Notes: a model not told the origin generated them from the letters alone. A stretch of 64,000 nt of DNA from Spirochaetales bacterium (GCA_007127335.1 SKZO01000066.1:199-64198), one strand, 5' to 3'. Positions 40,717 to 50,171 are shown, numbered from the stretch's first letter. Program-made: numbers and translations.

Positions 40717-41696
40717 GCTTTTGCCCCTTCTCTGGACGGCGCCGGCTCGCGGCTCGGCGCCTTTTTCGCCGGCTTCTTCTTCCGTTTGGGCTTGGGCATC
40801 AGCTCGTCGAGCAGGCTTGCGAAGGTATTGCCGAGCAGGATTCCAAAGCTCGTGCCCTCCGGGAAACCGCCGAAGTTGCGGATGAGAATCGTCGTTCCGC
40901 CTATGATCAGGCCGTAGAGCCACTGGCTCCCGGGTTTGTTCGGTCCGCTCACCGGGTCGGTGGACATGAAGACCGCGACGTAGAGGATGCTCCCGCTCAT
41001 CATCGCGAGGTGCGGCACCATCTCAGAGAGGCCCGTGAAGTAGAAGACCGTCTGCAGCAGCAGGGCCGAGAGAAAGGTCGACGCGATGAGCCGCCACTGC
41101 GCGGTCCTGGTGGCGATCAGGTACACCGCGGCGAGCAGGATGAGCCAGACGGCGCTCTCACCCATGCTGCCCATCCGGAAGCCGAAGAAGAGCTGCCAGA
41201 ACCCGACCGACTCGGTTGCGCCGTCTGCGAGAAACCCGAGTGGGGTCGCGCCGGTGAGCGCGTCAATGCCGAAAAGGTTGCGCACGAACCCGGGCACACG
41301 AGGCTCAACCCACCCTCGCTGCGTGAGCGTGGGGAAGCTTATATAGACAAAGAGCCGCCCGGTGATAGCCGGGTTGAAGATGTTCCGCCCGAATCCCCCG
41401 AAGACCTCTTTCCCGATCGCGACGGCGAATATGATGCCGATCGCCGCGACCCAGAACGGGACGAGCGGCGGCAATGCGAGGCCGTACAGGAGGCAGGTGA
41501 CGAGCACCGCCTCGCTGACCTTTTTCCCTCTCGCGCGCTCGAAGATCCACTCCGTCGCAATGCCAAGTACGAGCACGAGCGCGTTTACCGCTAGAACCCG
41601 CCAACCGTACAGGTAGGTGGCGAATACCAGCAATACCAGCAGGGTTCCAACCACCCGTCGCATGATCTGCTGTTTCTGGAAGAGTTTCTCAATCAC
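40713..41696 (-). CDS. nqrB: NQR subunit B-like (short form)
   Basis: GKEVFGGFGRNIFNPAITGR, the FMN-threonine motif DALTGATPLG, and STDPVSGP...IRNFGGFPEG. The start is GTG at 41696 or ATG at 41663. The track's extension to 42410 is antisense to the PNPOx gene. The C-terminus is a Lys/Pro-rich tail. Confidence 0.85.
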   Translation of the reverse strand: MIEKLFQKQQIMRRVVGTLLVLLVFATYLYGWRVLAVNALVLVLGIATEWIFERARGKKVSEAVLVTCLLYGLALPPLVPFWVAAIGIIFAVAIGKEVFGGFGRNIFNPAITGRLFVYISFPTLTQRGWVEPRVPGFVRNLFGIDALTGATPLGFLADGATESVGFWQLFFGFRMGSMGESAVWLILLAAVYLIATRTAQWRLIASTFLSALLLQTVFYFTGLSEMVPHLAMMSGSILYVAVFMSTDPVSGPNKPGSQWLYGLIIGGTTILIRNFGGFPEGTSFGILLGNTFASLLDELMPKPKRKKKPAKKAPSREPAPSREGAKA

Positions 41697-41751
41697 ACGG
41701 CCCCCCAAAAAAGCCCTGGTCTGAGCGTCAGTCGTACCATACCATCGGTCA

Positions 41752-41785
41752 ATGGATACCCGCAAATCGATACTGCGGTATCCAT
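41752..41785. promoter_or_regulatory. Inverted repeat (candidate operator or RNA hairpin) in the nqr / PNPOx-pdh divergent intergenic region
   Basis: ATGGATACCCGCA (41752-41764), a 9-nt spacer AATCGATAC, then TGCGGTATCCAT (41774-41785). That is 12 paired positions with one bulged C. A perfect TATAAT follows on the plus strand at 41792-41797. This is the most AT-rich stretch of the window. Confidence 0.3.
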
Positions 41786-41985
41786 TAGCAGTATAATCAT
41801 GAATGGATTGGTCGCAAAGACTTTCTGCATCATACCCGCACGTCGGCCGGTGATCAAACGGTTGGGAATCATGCATTGCAAATCGGGGTCGAATTATTAC
41901 ATTGTAGGGATCGCAAGCGCAACGACCACTGCAAACCAGACTCCGGCCGACCGGGCCGACTGCGCTTCCACAGGAGGAGAAGGAG

Positions 41986-42438
41986 ATGGACTCGAGATCG
42001 ATGCTGGATACCGTGGAGCGCGTCCTTGAGCGGTCCAGGATAGCGGTCCTCGCGACGGTCGATCCGGAAGGGCGACCGCACATGCGCTGGATGACACCGG
42101 GGCTGGTGCGAGGGCGCGACCGTTTCCTGTACGCGGTGACTTCGCCTGAGTTCCACAAGACCGATGAAGTGCGGGGCAACGCCGCCGTCGAGTGGATGAT
42201 CCAGAGCCGGAGTCTGGATGAGATCGTGACGATCCGCGGCACGATGCGTATCCTCGACAATCCGTCGGTGAAGGCGGAGGTGCTCGAAGCGATCGGGGGG
42301 CACCTCTCGACGTTCTGGAAGATGAACCCCGATGAAGGCAAGATGGTCGTGCTCGAGACCGAGATGAACGAGATCTGGTACACGAAGCCGACGACGGGCG
42401 AGCGGCACACGGTTACGCTGGAGGAGAGTGATGGCTGA
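41986..42438 (+). CDS. Pyridoxamine 5'-phosphate oxidase-like FMN-binding protein (general stress protein 26-like)
   Basis: RIAVLATVDPEGRPHMRWM and a split-barrel-type pattern. A strong RBS (GGAGGAGAAGGAG) precedes the ATG. Overlaps pdhA by 11 nt. Confidence 0.7.
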   Translation: MDSRSMLDTVERVLERSRIAVLATVDPEGRPHMRWMTPGLVRGRDRFLYAVTSPEFHKTDEVRGNAAVEWMIQSRSLDEIVTIRGTMRILDNPSVKAEVLEAIGGHLSTFWKMNPDEGKMVVLETEMNEIWYTKPTTGERHTVTLEESDG

Positions 42439-43447
42439 AGTCGAGGTACAGACGGTGAAGGGAGTCGGCAAGCACAAGAAGGAGTTTCTCCTGCCGCTGC
42501 TTCGCCAGATGCAGTTGATCCGGCGATTCGAAGAAAAGTCGGCGCAGATGTACGGGCTGAGGAAGATTGGGGGATTCTGCCACCTCTACAACGGTCAGGA
42601 GGCGGTCGCCGTCGGGGCGCTGAGCGCTCTCGACCTGACGAAGGACTACGTGCTCACCGCGTACCGCGATCACGGCCACGCGATCGCCGCGGGAATGGAT
42701 CCCAAAGCGGTCATGGCGGAGCTGTATGGAAAGATAACCGGCTGCTCCCGGGGCAAGGGCGGTTCGATGCACATGTTCGACGCGCAGCGACACTTCCTTG
42801 GAGGCAACGGCATCGTTGGCGCCCAGATCCCGATGGCCACAGGGGTGGCATTCGCCCAGATGTACCGGCAACAGGTCATGGACCGAAAGGATACCGGTGT
42901 CACGCTCTGTTTCTTCGGCGACGGAGCCATCCATCAGGGAGCCTTCCACGAGTCACTCAACCTTGCGGCGGTCTGGAACCTGCCGGCCGTCTACATCGTT
43001 GAGAACAACCAGTTCGGGATGGGGACCGCCGTCAAGCGGGTCTCCGCCGTAGAGGACTTTGAGGTCAAGGCGACCGGCTATCGGATGCCCGGTATCACGC
43101 TGGACGGGATGAACGTCATCGCAATGCACGATGGCATCAAGGCCGCGGTCGCGCAGGTCAGGGAGGATCGCACCCCGGTTCTCATCGACGCGAAGACGTA
43201 CCGGTACAAGGGGCATTCCATGAGCGATCCTGCGAAGTACCGCAGCCGCGATGAGCTCGAGGCGTACCAGGAGCAGGACCCCATCCTCATCCTCAAGGCT
43301 GTCATGAGCGACGCCGGGATGATCGACGACGAGGAGTACAAGCAGCTCGACGACGAGATCAGGATGATCGTCCAGGAGGCGGTCGATTTTGCCGAGTCGA
43401 GCGACGAGCCTGAACTCGCCACCATGTACGAAGACATCTACGTGTAG
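42428..43447 (+). CDS. pdhA: Pyruvate dehydrogenase E1 component, alpha subunit
   Basis: GFCHLYNGQEAVAVG, YRDHGH, the TPP motif GDGAIHQG...ENNQFGMGT, and YRYKGHSMSDP. Confidence 0.9.
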   Translation: MMAEVEVQTVKGVGKHKKEFLLPLLRQMQLIRRFEEKSAQMYGLRKIGGFCHLYNGQEAVAVGALSALDLTKDYVLTAYRDHGHAIAAGMDPKAVMAELYGKITGCSRGKGGSMHMFDAQRHFLGGNGIVGAQIPMATGVAFAQMYRQQVMDRKDTGVTLCFFGDGAIHQGAFHESLNLAAVWNLPAVYIVENNQFGMGTAVKRVSAVEDFEVKATGYRMPGITLDGMNVIAMHDGIKAAVAQVREDRTPVLIDAKTYRYKGHSMSDPAKYRSRDELEAYQEQDPILILKAVMSDAGMIDDEEYKQLDDEIRMIVQEAVDFAESSDEPELATMYEDIYV

Positions 43448-43461
43448 GAAGGGGCGTCGAT

Positions 43462-44442
43462 ATGGCAGAGATCAGTATCAGAGATGCGTTGAACCAGGCT
43501 CTTGACGAGGAGATGGCTCGTGACGAGCGCGTATTCATCCTCGGTGAAGAGGTCGGCGAGTACAACGGCGCGTACAAGGTGACCAGAGGTCTGCTCGACA
43601 AATACGGCGTCCCGCGGGTCCTCGACACCCCCATCGCCGAGCTCGGATTCACCGGCCTTGCGGTGGGAGCGGCGACCGTCGGGTTGCGGCCGGTCGTCGA
43701 ATGGATGACGTTCAATTTCTCGCTGCTCGCGCTCGATCAGGTCATCAACAACGCGGCGAAGATGCGGCACATGTCCGGTGGTCAGCTAAGTGTACCAATC
43801 GTCTTCCGGGGGCCGAACGGACCCGCCGAGTATCTGTCGAGCCAGCACTCCCAGGCGCTCCAGAGCCTGTACGTGCACGTTCCGGGGCTCAAGGTCGCCG
43901 CGTACGCGACCCCGTACGACGCGAAAGGACTGCTGAAGACCGCGATCCGCGACGACAATCCCGTCGTCCTGCTCGAGAGCGAGCTCGCCTACGCGTGGAC
44001 CGGTGAGGTCCCCGACGAGGAGTACACGATACCCCTCGGGAAGGCCGACGTGAAGCGCGAAGGGAGCGAGGTAACGCTCATCACGTATTCCAAGCCGGTT
44101 CGCATGGTCATGGAGGCGGCCTCCGAGCTCGAGAAGCTCGGTGTCGACGCCGAGGTAGTAGACCTGCGGTCGTTGCGACCGCTCGATGAAGAGGCGATCT
44201 ACGCTTCGGTGCGCAAGACGAATCGTGCCGTCGTCGTGGATGAGTCCTGGCCGGTCGCGAGTTTCGGCAGCCACGTGGCGTGGCTGATCAGCAGGAACTG
44301 CTTTGACATGCTCGACGCCCAGGTCGAGCTCGTGTCGAGCGAGGACGTTCCCATGCCGTACAATCACACGCTCGAGCTCGCCGTGCAGCCGAGTGTAGAG
44401 AAGATCGTCGCAGCCGCAAAGCGCGTCCTGTACATGGAGTAG
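43462..44442 (+). CDS. pdhB: Pyruvate dehydrogenase E1 component, beta subunit
   Basis: ERVFILGEEVGEYNGAYKVTRGL, DTPIAELGFTG and VVDLRSLRPLD. Confidence 0.9.
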   Translation: MAEISIRDALNQALDEEMARDERVFILGEEVGEYNGAYKVTRGLLDKYGVPRVLDTPIAELGFTGLAVGAATVGLRPVVEWMTFNFSLLALDQVINNAAKMRHMSGGQLSVPIVFRGPNGPAEYLSSQHSQALQSLYVHVPGLKVAAYATPYDAKGLLKTAIRDDNPVVLLESELAYAWTGEVPDEEYTIPLGKADVKREGSEVTLITYSKPVRMVMEAASELEKLGVDAEVVDLRSLRPLDEEAIYASVRKTNRAVVVDESWPVASFGSHVAWLISRNCFDMLDAQVELVSSEDVPMPYNHTLELAVQPSVEKIVAAAKRVLYME

Positions 44443-44450
44443 GAGTCGAT

Positions 44451-45716
44451 ATGGCAGAGAAAGTACTGATGACCGCCCTCTCACCAACGATGGAGGAGGG
44501 TACGATCGTGAGCTGGAACAAGAAGGAAGGCGACTCCGTTGCCGCGGGCGACCTGCTGTGCGAGGTGGAGACCGACAAGGCCACGATGGACTACGAGTCG
44601 ACCCAGGAGGGGGTGTTACTCAGGATCGTGAAGGCCGAAGGGACGTCGTCGAGGGTTGGCGACACGATAGCGATTCTCGGAGAGCAGGGCGAGGACATTG
44701 ACTCGCTTCTTCAGGAGTCGGCGGATGGTTCGCAGCCCTCCGGTCCCGAAGGCGAGAGCGCCGCTGAGGCTGCCGCGCCCGAGGCGCCTGAGGCTGTCGC
44801 GCCCGAGGCGCATGAGGCTGCCGCCCGCTCCCGCGACTCGGCCGGGGCGCAGGGCGACGGGGCGCGTGTGAAGGCGTCGCCGCTTGCGCGAAAGATCGCC
44901 TCCGAACGCGGCATCGATCTCAGCCGGGTCTCCGGGAGCGGACCGGCAGGTCGAGTCGTGAAGGCCGACGTCGAAGGCTTCACCGGCGCACCCGCCGAGG
45001 CTGCGACTCGCGGCGCCGCTGCTTCGGCGGCCGGCGAAAACGTCACCGTGCCGGTGAGCGGCAAACGAGCAGTGATTGCTCGACGGCTCGCGGAAAGCAA
45101 GTTTTCGGCACCCCATTACTATCTGAAGAGCAGCGTGAGGATGGACGGCGCCATGCAGGCGCGGAAGGACCTGAACGCGGAGGCATCTGAGAAAGTCGGG
45201 TTCAACGCGTTCCTGATGAAGTTCGCCGCGGAGGCGCTGAGGCGACATCCGCAGGTCAACGCGAGCTGGCAGGGCGACCACATTCTGCAATTCGGATCAG
45301 TAGACATCGGGCTCGCGGTCGATCTGGGCAACGGCCTGATCACGCCGATCGTGCGGAACTGTGGAAACAAGGGTATTGTAGACATCGACGCCGAGCTCAA
45401 GGACCTCGTCGCGAGGGCCGGGAGCGGCAAGCTCCAACCGGAGGAGTACACCGGGGCTACCTTCACGATCAGCAACCTCGGGTCTTTCGGAATCGAGGAG
45501 TTCACCGCGATCATCAACCCGCCCGGATCGGCAATTCTCGCGGTTGGCGAGATCGCGAAGACTCCGGTCGTAAACGACGGCGACGAGCTCGAAATAGCGC
45601 AGATCATGAAGATGACGCTCTCATGCGACCACCGGGTGATCGACGGAGCCGAAGGGGGGCGCTTCCTCTACGAGTTGAAGCGCATCGTCGAGAATCCGGT
45701 ACGCGTGCTGTTCTAG
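44451..45716 (+). CDS. pdhC: Dihydrolipoyllysine-residue acetyltransferase (E2)
   Basis: Lipoyl domain (CEVETDKATMD), Ala/Pro/Glu linker, subunit-binding domain (ASPLARKIASERGIDLSRVSGSGPAGRV) and catalytic core with DHRVIDGA. Confidence 0.9.
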   Translation: MAEKVLMTALSPTMEEGTIVSWNKKEGDSVAAGDLLCEVETDKATMDYESTQEGVLLRIVKAEGTSSRVGDTIAILGEQGEDIDSLLQESADGSQPSGPEGESAAEAAAPEAPEAVAPEAHEAAARSRDSAGAQGDGARVKASPLARKIASERGIDLSRVSGSGPAGRVVKADVEGFTGAPAEAATRGAAASAAGENVTVPVSGKRAVIARRLAESKFSAPHYYLKSSVRMDGAMQARKDLNAEASEKVGFNAFLMKFAAEALRRHPQVNASWQGDHILQFGSVDIGLAVDLGNGLITPIVRNCGNKGIVDIDAELKDLVARAGSGKLQPEEYTGATFTISNLGSFGIEEFTAIINPPGSAILAVGEIAKTPVVNDGDELEIAQIMKMTLSCDHRVIDGAEGGRFLYELKRIVENPVRVLF

Positions 45717-45724
45717 GAGGAGAT

Positions 45725-47113
45725 ATGGCGAGCTACGATTTCGATCTAGTGGTGATCGGTTCCGGGCCCGGAGGGTACGTCGCGGCAATCCGTGCGAGTC
45801 AGCTGGGGCTGAAGTCGGCGATCATCGAGAAGGAGAAGCCCGGCGGGGTCTGTCTGAACGTGGGATGTATCCCCAGCAAGGCACTCATCCACCAGGCGGA
45901 GATCGTCTCCGGCCGCAAGGAGCTTGAAGAGCTCGGGTTCAAGGTCGACGATTCCGGGTTCGACTACCGGAAGGTCTTCAAGAAGAGTCGGCAGGCGGCA
46001 GACAGGCTGAGCAAGGGCGTGAGCTCTCTGATCAAAAAGAACGAGATCGAGTACATCGAGGGCACTGCGAAGCTGAGCGGCGCCCACGAGGTCACCGTCG
46101 ACGGCGGGAAGAAGATCACCGGCAGGTTCGTGCTGATCGCGACCGGCAGTCGTCCCCGGGAGATACCCGGGTTCGAGTTCGATGAGAAGCAGGTGCTCTC
46201 GTCGACCGGGGCGCTCTATCTCGAAGAGCTGCCGGAGAGCCTTATCATCCTTGGCGGCGGCTACATCGGGATGGAGTTCGCTCACGTGATGAATGCCTTT
46301 GGCGTTGATGTGACGGTGGTTGAGATGCTCGAACGTATCATCCCGACCGCGGACCCCGAGGCGGTGGCCGTGTTCGAGAAGGACATACGGCGCCGCGGCG
46401 TGCAGATCATGACCGGGTCGAAGGCGGAGAAACTCACAAAGGGCAAGAACGGCGTGAAACTCGAGGTATCCGGCAGGGACGGGAAGAAGACGCTCGAGGC
46501 CGAGAAACTCCTGGTCAGCGTCGGGCGTGCGCCCAACAGCGAAGGGCTTGACCTCGAGAAGGTTGGTGTGAAGACGGAGAAGGGCTTCATCAAGGTTGGG
46601 GACTACTACCAGACCGATGTCGCCGGTGTCTACGCCATAGGGGATGTCGTCGCGACGATGCAGCTCGCGCATGTGGCGAGCAAGGAGGGCGAGATAGCCG
46701 TTGAGCATATGGCCGGGCATGGACCGGAGAACGCCGTTGACCCGGACCTGATCCCGGCGGCGATCTATACCGAACCGCAGATCGCGAGCTTCGGGCCGAC
46801 CGAGGACCAGGCGAAGGAGCGGGGTCTCGCGTTCAAGAAGGCGGTCTTCCCGTACCGGGGCGCCGGCAAGTCGGTCGCGACAGGCAAGCCCGACGGCCTC
46901 GTCAAGATCCTCTACGCGCCGGAGACCCATGAGTTTCTCGCCGCGCATATCGCAGGAAGCAATGCGACCGAGATCATCCACGAGTTGCTGCTCGGCAAGC
47001 GCAGTGAACTGCTGCCGGAGGACATCGCGACGATGATCCACGCGCATCCCACTCTCTCTGAGGCGGTGATGGAAGCGGCGCGTGTCGCCGAAGGGTGGGC
47101 GATCCACTACTGA
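45725..47113 (+). CDS. lpdA: Dihydrolipoyl dehydrogenase (E3)
   Basis: Start at the ATG at 45725 (MASYDFDLVVIGSGPGGY). Redox-active disulfide GGVCLNVGCIPSK and C-terminal HAHPTLSE. Confidence 0.95.
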   Translation: MASYDFDLVVIGSGPGGYVAAIRASQLGLKSAIIEKEKPGGVCLNVGCIPSKALIHQAEIVSGRKELEELGFKVDDSGFDYRKVFKKSRQAADRLSKGVSSLIKKNEIEYIEGTAKLSGAHEVTVDGGKKITGRFVLIATGSRPREIPGFEFDEKQVLSSTGALYLEELPESLIILGGGYIGMEFAHVMNAFGVDVTVVEMLERIIPTADPEAVAVFEKDIRRRGVQIMTGSKAEKLTKGKNGVKLEVSGRDGKKTLEAEKLLVSVGRAPNSEGLDLEKVGVKTEKGFIKVGDYYQTDVAGVYAIGDVVATMQLAHVASKEGEIAVEHMAGHGPENAVDPDLIPAAIYTEPQIASFGPTEDQAKERGLAFKKAVFPYRGAGKSVATGKPDGLVKILYAPETHEFLAAHIAGSNATEIIHELLLGKRSELLPEDIATMIHAHPTLSEAVMEAARVAEGWAIHY

Positions 47114-47115
47114 GT

Positions 47116-48213
47116 ATGGCTCTCGACCCACGGCGACCGAACGTCGATTACCGCAAACTTACCTCCGGTCTGCTCCTGATCCTTACGATCATCGCGGCCG
47201 GAGGTGTGCTGAAGCTCACGGCGAGTGTCGTGCAGCCGCTCGTGATCGCGCTCCTGCTGAGCTTCGTGCTCAGTCCTCTCGTCGACCGGCTTCACGGGTT
47301 GGGGCTGCCGTGGTTCGCTGCAATCGTCGCGGTCATCGTGCTCCTGCTCGCCTTTGGTTCGCTGGTCGCGTTCGTGCTCTACACGAGCGTGCAGAGCCTC
47401 GTGCGGCTCTTTCCCCGCTACGTGAACAGGCTGCTCGAACTGCTGCGAGAGCTCATCGAGCTGCTCGAGCTGCCCCCGGAGCTGATACTGGAGTTCGATA
47501 TCACCCGGCAGATCGGGACCTATGTTTTCGCGCTCTCCGGCAACTTCCTGAGCCTGCTCGGAGGCGTCACCGTGGTGCTCATCTTCGTGCTGTTTCTGCT
47601 GCTCGAGAAACCGTATCTGAGACCAAAGGTCATGGACGCGCTGCAGGGGCCTCGAACCGAGAAGATCTGGCACATTGTTGGATCCACGAACTCCCAGATC
47701 GGGAGGTACCTCTCGCTCAAGCTCGTGATCAGCCTCGTGACCGGATTTCTCGTCTGGGGTTCGTTCACCCTCGTAGGAGTGGACTTCGCCTTCATCTGGG
47801 GAGTTCTGAGCTTCCTCTTCAACTTCATCCCATCGATCGGTTCGATCATCGTCGGCGTGACGAGTTTTGCCTTCGCGATCGTTCAGTTCTACCCGGACTT
47901 CGGTCCGATCGCCGGCGCGGGCCTTTCGATGCTCGCGATTCAGACGATCGTCGGGAACATCATCGACCCCAAGCTGCTGGGAGACAGCCTGAAGATCAGC
48001 CCGGTCGTGATCCTGTTCTCGCTGCTGTTCTGGGGATGGCTCTGGGGAGTTCTTGGACTATTCCTGGCGGTACCGCTGACGGTCGCGATGAAGATAGTAT
48101 TCGAGAACATCCCCGGACTCGAGCCGGTGGGAATTCTGATGGGTCGCGCGGATGTCCATGAAGCGTCGATTCCGCACGGTCACCGTGTTGATCACGACCC
48201 GGATGAAGAGTAG
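47116..48213 (+). CDS. AI-2E family transporter (PerM-like permease)
   Basis: Start at the ATG at 47116. Polytopic protein with C-terminal [16 protein letters not shown], typical of the family. Confidence 0.8.
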   Translation: MALDPRRPNVDYRKLTSGLLLILTIIAAGGVLKLTASVVQPLVIALLLSFVLSPLVDRLHGLGLPWFAAIVAVIVLLLAFGSLVAFVLYTSVQSLVRLFPRYVNRLLELLRELIELLELPPELILEFDITRQIGTYVFALSGNFLSLLGGVTVVLIFVLFLLLEKPYLRPKVMDALQGPRTEKIWHIVGSTNSQIGRYLSLKLVISLVTGFLVWGSFTLVGVDFAFIWGVLSFLFNFIPSIGSIIVGVTSFAFAIVQFYPDFGPIAGAGLSMLAIQTIVGNIIDPKLLGDSLKISPVVILFSLLFWGWLWGVLGLFLAVPLTVAMKIVFENIPGLEPVGILMGRADVHEASIPHGHRVDHDPDEE

Positions 48214-48223
48214 AGAGAGCACC

Positions 48224-49300
48224 ATGGAACGAAAGCGCATACTGACCGGAGACCGACCTACGGGCCGCCTCCATCTTGGCCACTACGTGGGCTCGCTTGC
48301 CAACCGCGTGCGTCTGCAGGATGAGTACGAGTGCTACTTCCTCGTCGCGGATCTGCACATGCTGACGACCCGGCCGGAGAAACAGCACATTGAGGCGATC
48401 ACCGAGAATGCCCGCCAGATGGTGTACGACGCGCTCGCGTGCGGAATCGATCCGCGAAAGAGCGTGGTCTACCTCCAGAGCGCCGTGCACGAAACCTACG
48501 AGCTCAACCTCTTCCTCGAGATGCTCGTAACCGTGCCCCGGCTGCAGCGTCTACCGAGCCTCAAAGACATGGCGCGTGACGCGCAGCTCAACGAGATGCC
48601 TTTTGGGCTGCTCGGGTACCCGGTGCTGCAGTCGGCTGATATACTCCTGCCCCGCGCACACCTCGTGCCGGTCGGCAAGGACAACGAGGCGCACGTCGAG
48701 CTCACCCGTGAGCTTGCCCGTCGGTTCAACCACCTCTACGGTGATGTCTTCCCGGTACCCGATGTGATGGTCGGTGATGTCCCCACGCTCGTCGGCACCG
48801 ACGGCAAGGGCAAGATGAGCAAGAGCGTGGGGAACGCGATTCTGCTCAGCGACGATGAGCGTACCGTCGAGAAGAAGGTGGCCGGAATGTATACCGACCC
48901 GAAGCGGGTTCGCGCCGATGTCCCCGGAACGGTAGAAGGAAACCCGGTCTTCATCTACCACGATGTCTTCAACCCGAACGTCGAAGAGGTGGAGGACCTG
49001 AAGCAGCGGTACCGTGCCGGACGTGTTGGTGATGTAGAGGTGAAGCAGAAACTCTCCGCGGCACTGAACGCCTTTCTCGACCCGATACGCGAACGCCGGG
49101 CAGCCTACGAGGCACGTGCCGGATTCGTCGACGAGGTGCTCTACGAGGGGACGATGCGGATGCGCGAGCAGGCCCGCGATACTCTGGTCTCAGCCCGAAA
49201 GGCAATGGGTCTCAGCGGTGTCTGGAACAAGGTCAGCCGGAAGGCGGAGGGTGCGCGGAAGAAGCGCGCGAAGACCGAAGGTGCCGAATCGCCTGCCTGA
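48224..49300 (+). CDS. trpS: Tryptophan--tRNA ligase
   Basis: Start at the ATG at 48224. HIGH-type motif ([10 protein letters not shown]) and KMSKS. Class I TrpRS length. Confidence 0.95.
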   Translation: MERKRILTGDRPTGRLHLGHYVGSLANRVRLQDEYECYFLVADLHMLTTRPEKQHIEAITENARQMVYDALACGIDPRKSVVYLQSAVHETYELNLFLEMLVTVPRLQRLPSLKDMARDAQLNEMPFGLLGYPVLQSADILLPRAHLVPVGKDNEAHVELTRELARRFNHLYGDVFPVPDVMVGDVPTLVGTDGKGKMSKSVGNAILLSDDERTVEKKVAGMYTDPKRVRADVPGTVEGNPVFIYHDVFNPNVEEVEDLKQRYRAGRVGDVEVKQKLSAALNAFLDPIRERRAAYEARAGFVDEVLYEGTMRMREQARDTLVSARKAMGLSGVWNKVSRKAEGARKKRAKTEGAESPA

Positions 49301-49313
49301 GCACGCGCACCTG

Positions 49314-50171
49314 GTGGCGGAGTACGTCGAGCCCTATCGTGGCGGCCGGCTGACCTCCGGTCAGGTGGAGCGGTTCCGCAGGGTCGTCTGGTCGTACTAC
49401 CGGGCCGCGCGCAGGCCCATGCCCTGGAGGGAGACCCGCGACCCGTACAGGATCATGGTGTCCGAGTTCATGCTCCAACAGACCCAGGTCTCACGTGTTG
49501 AGCCCCGGTATCACGAATTCATTGCACGGTACCCCACCGTCTTCGAGCTCGCCACGGCTCCGTTGGGAGAGGTGCTCCGCTCCTGGCAGGGGCTCGGGTA
49601 CAATCGTCGGGCGAAGCATCTGCACGAAACCGCCCGGCGCATCGCCGAACGCGGAGGCATCGTGCCGGATGAGGTGCGCGAGCTGCGCACGCTGCCCGGC
49701 ATCGGACCGTACACGGCGGCGGCCGTAGCCGCATTCGCGTTCGACAGGCGCGTGGTGGTTCTCGAGACGAATATCAGACGACTCTTTCTGCACGGTTTCT
49801 TCCCTGACGCTCAGGGCGTTTCCGATCGCGAGATCGAGCCGCTCGTCGAGCAGACCCTGCCGGAGCGCGGGGTGAGGCAGTGGTATTACGCGCTGATGGA
49901 CTGTGGAGCAGCTCTTGCGGGAATGGTCGGGAACGCCAACCGTCGCAGCCGGCACTACTCCCGGCAGAGTTCCTTCTCAGGGTCGGTGCGTGAGGTCCGC
50001 GGCATGATCGTTCGGGTCCTGAGCGAACACGCAGAGGTTCCTCTCGAAACACTCGAACGCGCGATCGGTCCGACCGACGAGCGCTTCCGTCCCGCGCTCG
50101 AGGGACTCGAACGCGACGGCATGGTCGTCGTCTCAGGGAGATCCGTCAGTCTTGGGGAGTCGTCCCCGTAG
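49314..50171 (+). CDS. HhH-GPD superfamily DNA glycosylase (MutY/Nth-like, no Fe-S cysteine cluster)
   Basis: PWRETRDPYRIMVSEFMLQQTQV, WQGLGYNRRAKHL and the hairpin LPGIGPYTAAAV. The start is uncertain (GTG at 49314, just after the trpS stop). Only one Cys occurs where MutY/Nth carry four. Confidence 0.7.
   Translation: MAEYVEPYRGGRLTSGQVERFRRVVWSYYRAARRPMPWRETRDPYRIMVSEFMLQQTQVSRVEPRYHEFIARYPTVFELATAPLGEVLRSWQGLGYNRRAKHLHETARRIAERGGIVPDEVRELRTLPGIGPYTAAAVAAFAFDRRVVVLETNIRRLFLHGFFPDAQGVSDREIEPLVEQTLPERGVRQWYYALMDCGAALAGMVGNANRRSRHYSRQSSFSGSVREVRGMIVRVLSEHAEVPLETLERAIGPTDERFRPALEGLERDGMVVVSGRSVSLGESSP

Noticed and set aside
37733-41696. The nqr operon and the REC-X-REC gene (53292..54548) look somewhat less GC-rich than their surroundings, which could hint at horizontal acquisition.
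   Set aside because: I cannot compute composition reliably by eye. Membrane-protein codon bias (Phe/Ile/Leu-rich) explains a lower GC content. There are no flanking tRNA, integrase or direct repeats.
41697-42410. N-terminal extensions of track ORFs: nqrB to 42410, nqrC to 40923, the phosphohexomutase to 52635, dapL to 60358, the DUF2400 ORF from 28082, lpd from 45623, trpS from 48152, the K+ channel from 56754 and relA to 17896.
   Set aside because: The extensions overlap neighbouring genes or their antisense strand and lack homology-like sequence. Internal starts with an RBS or ATGA/TGATG coupling give products of canonical length.
44740-44830. Repetitive GCC/GAG/CCC DNA (AAPEAPEAVAPEAHEAAA) that looked like a short tandem repeat.
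   Set aside because: It encodes the Ala/Pro/Glu-rich inter-domain linker typical of E2 acyltransferases. It is not an independent repeat element.
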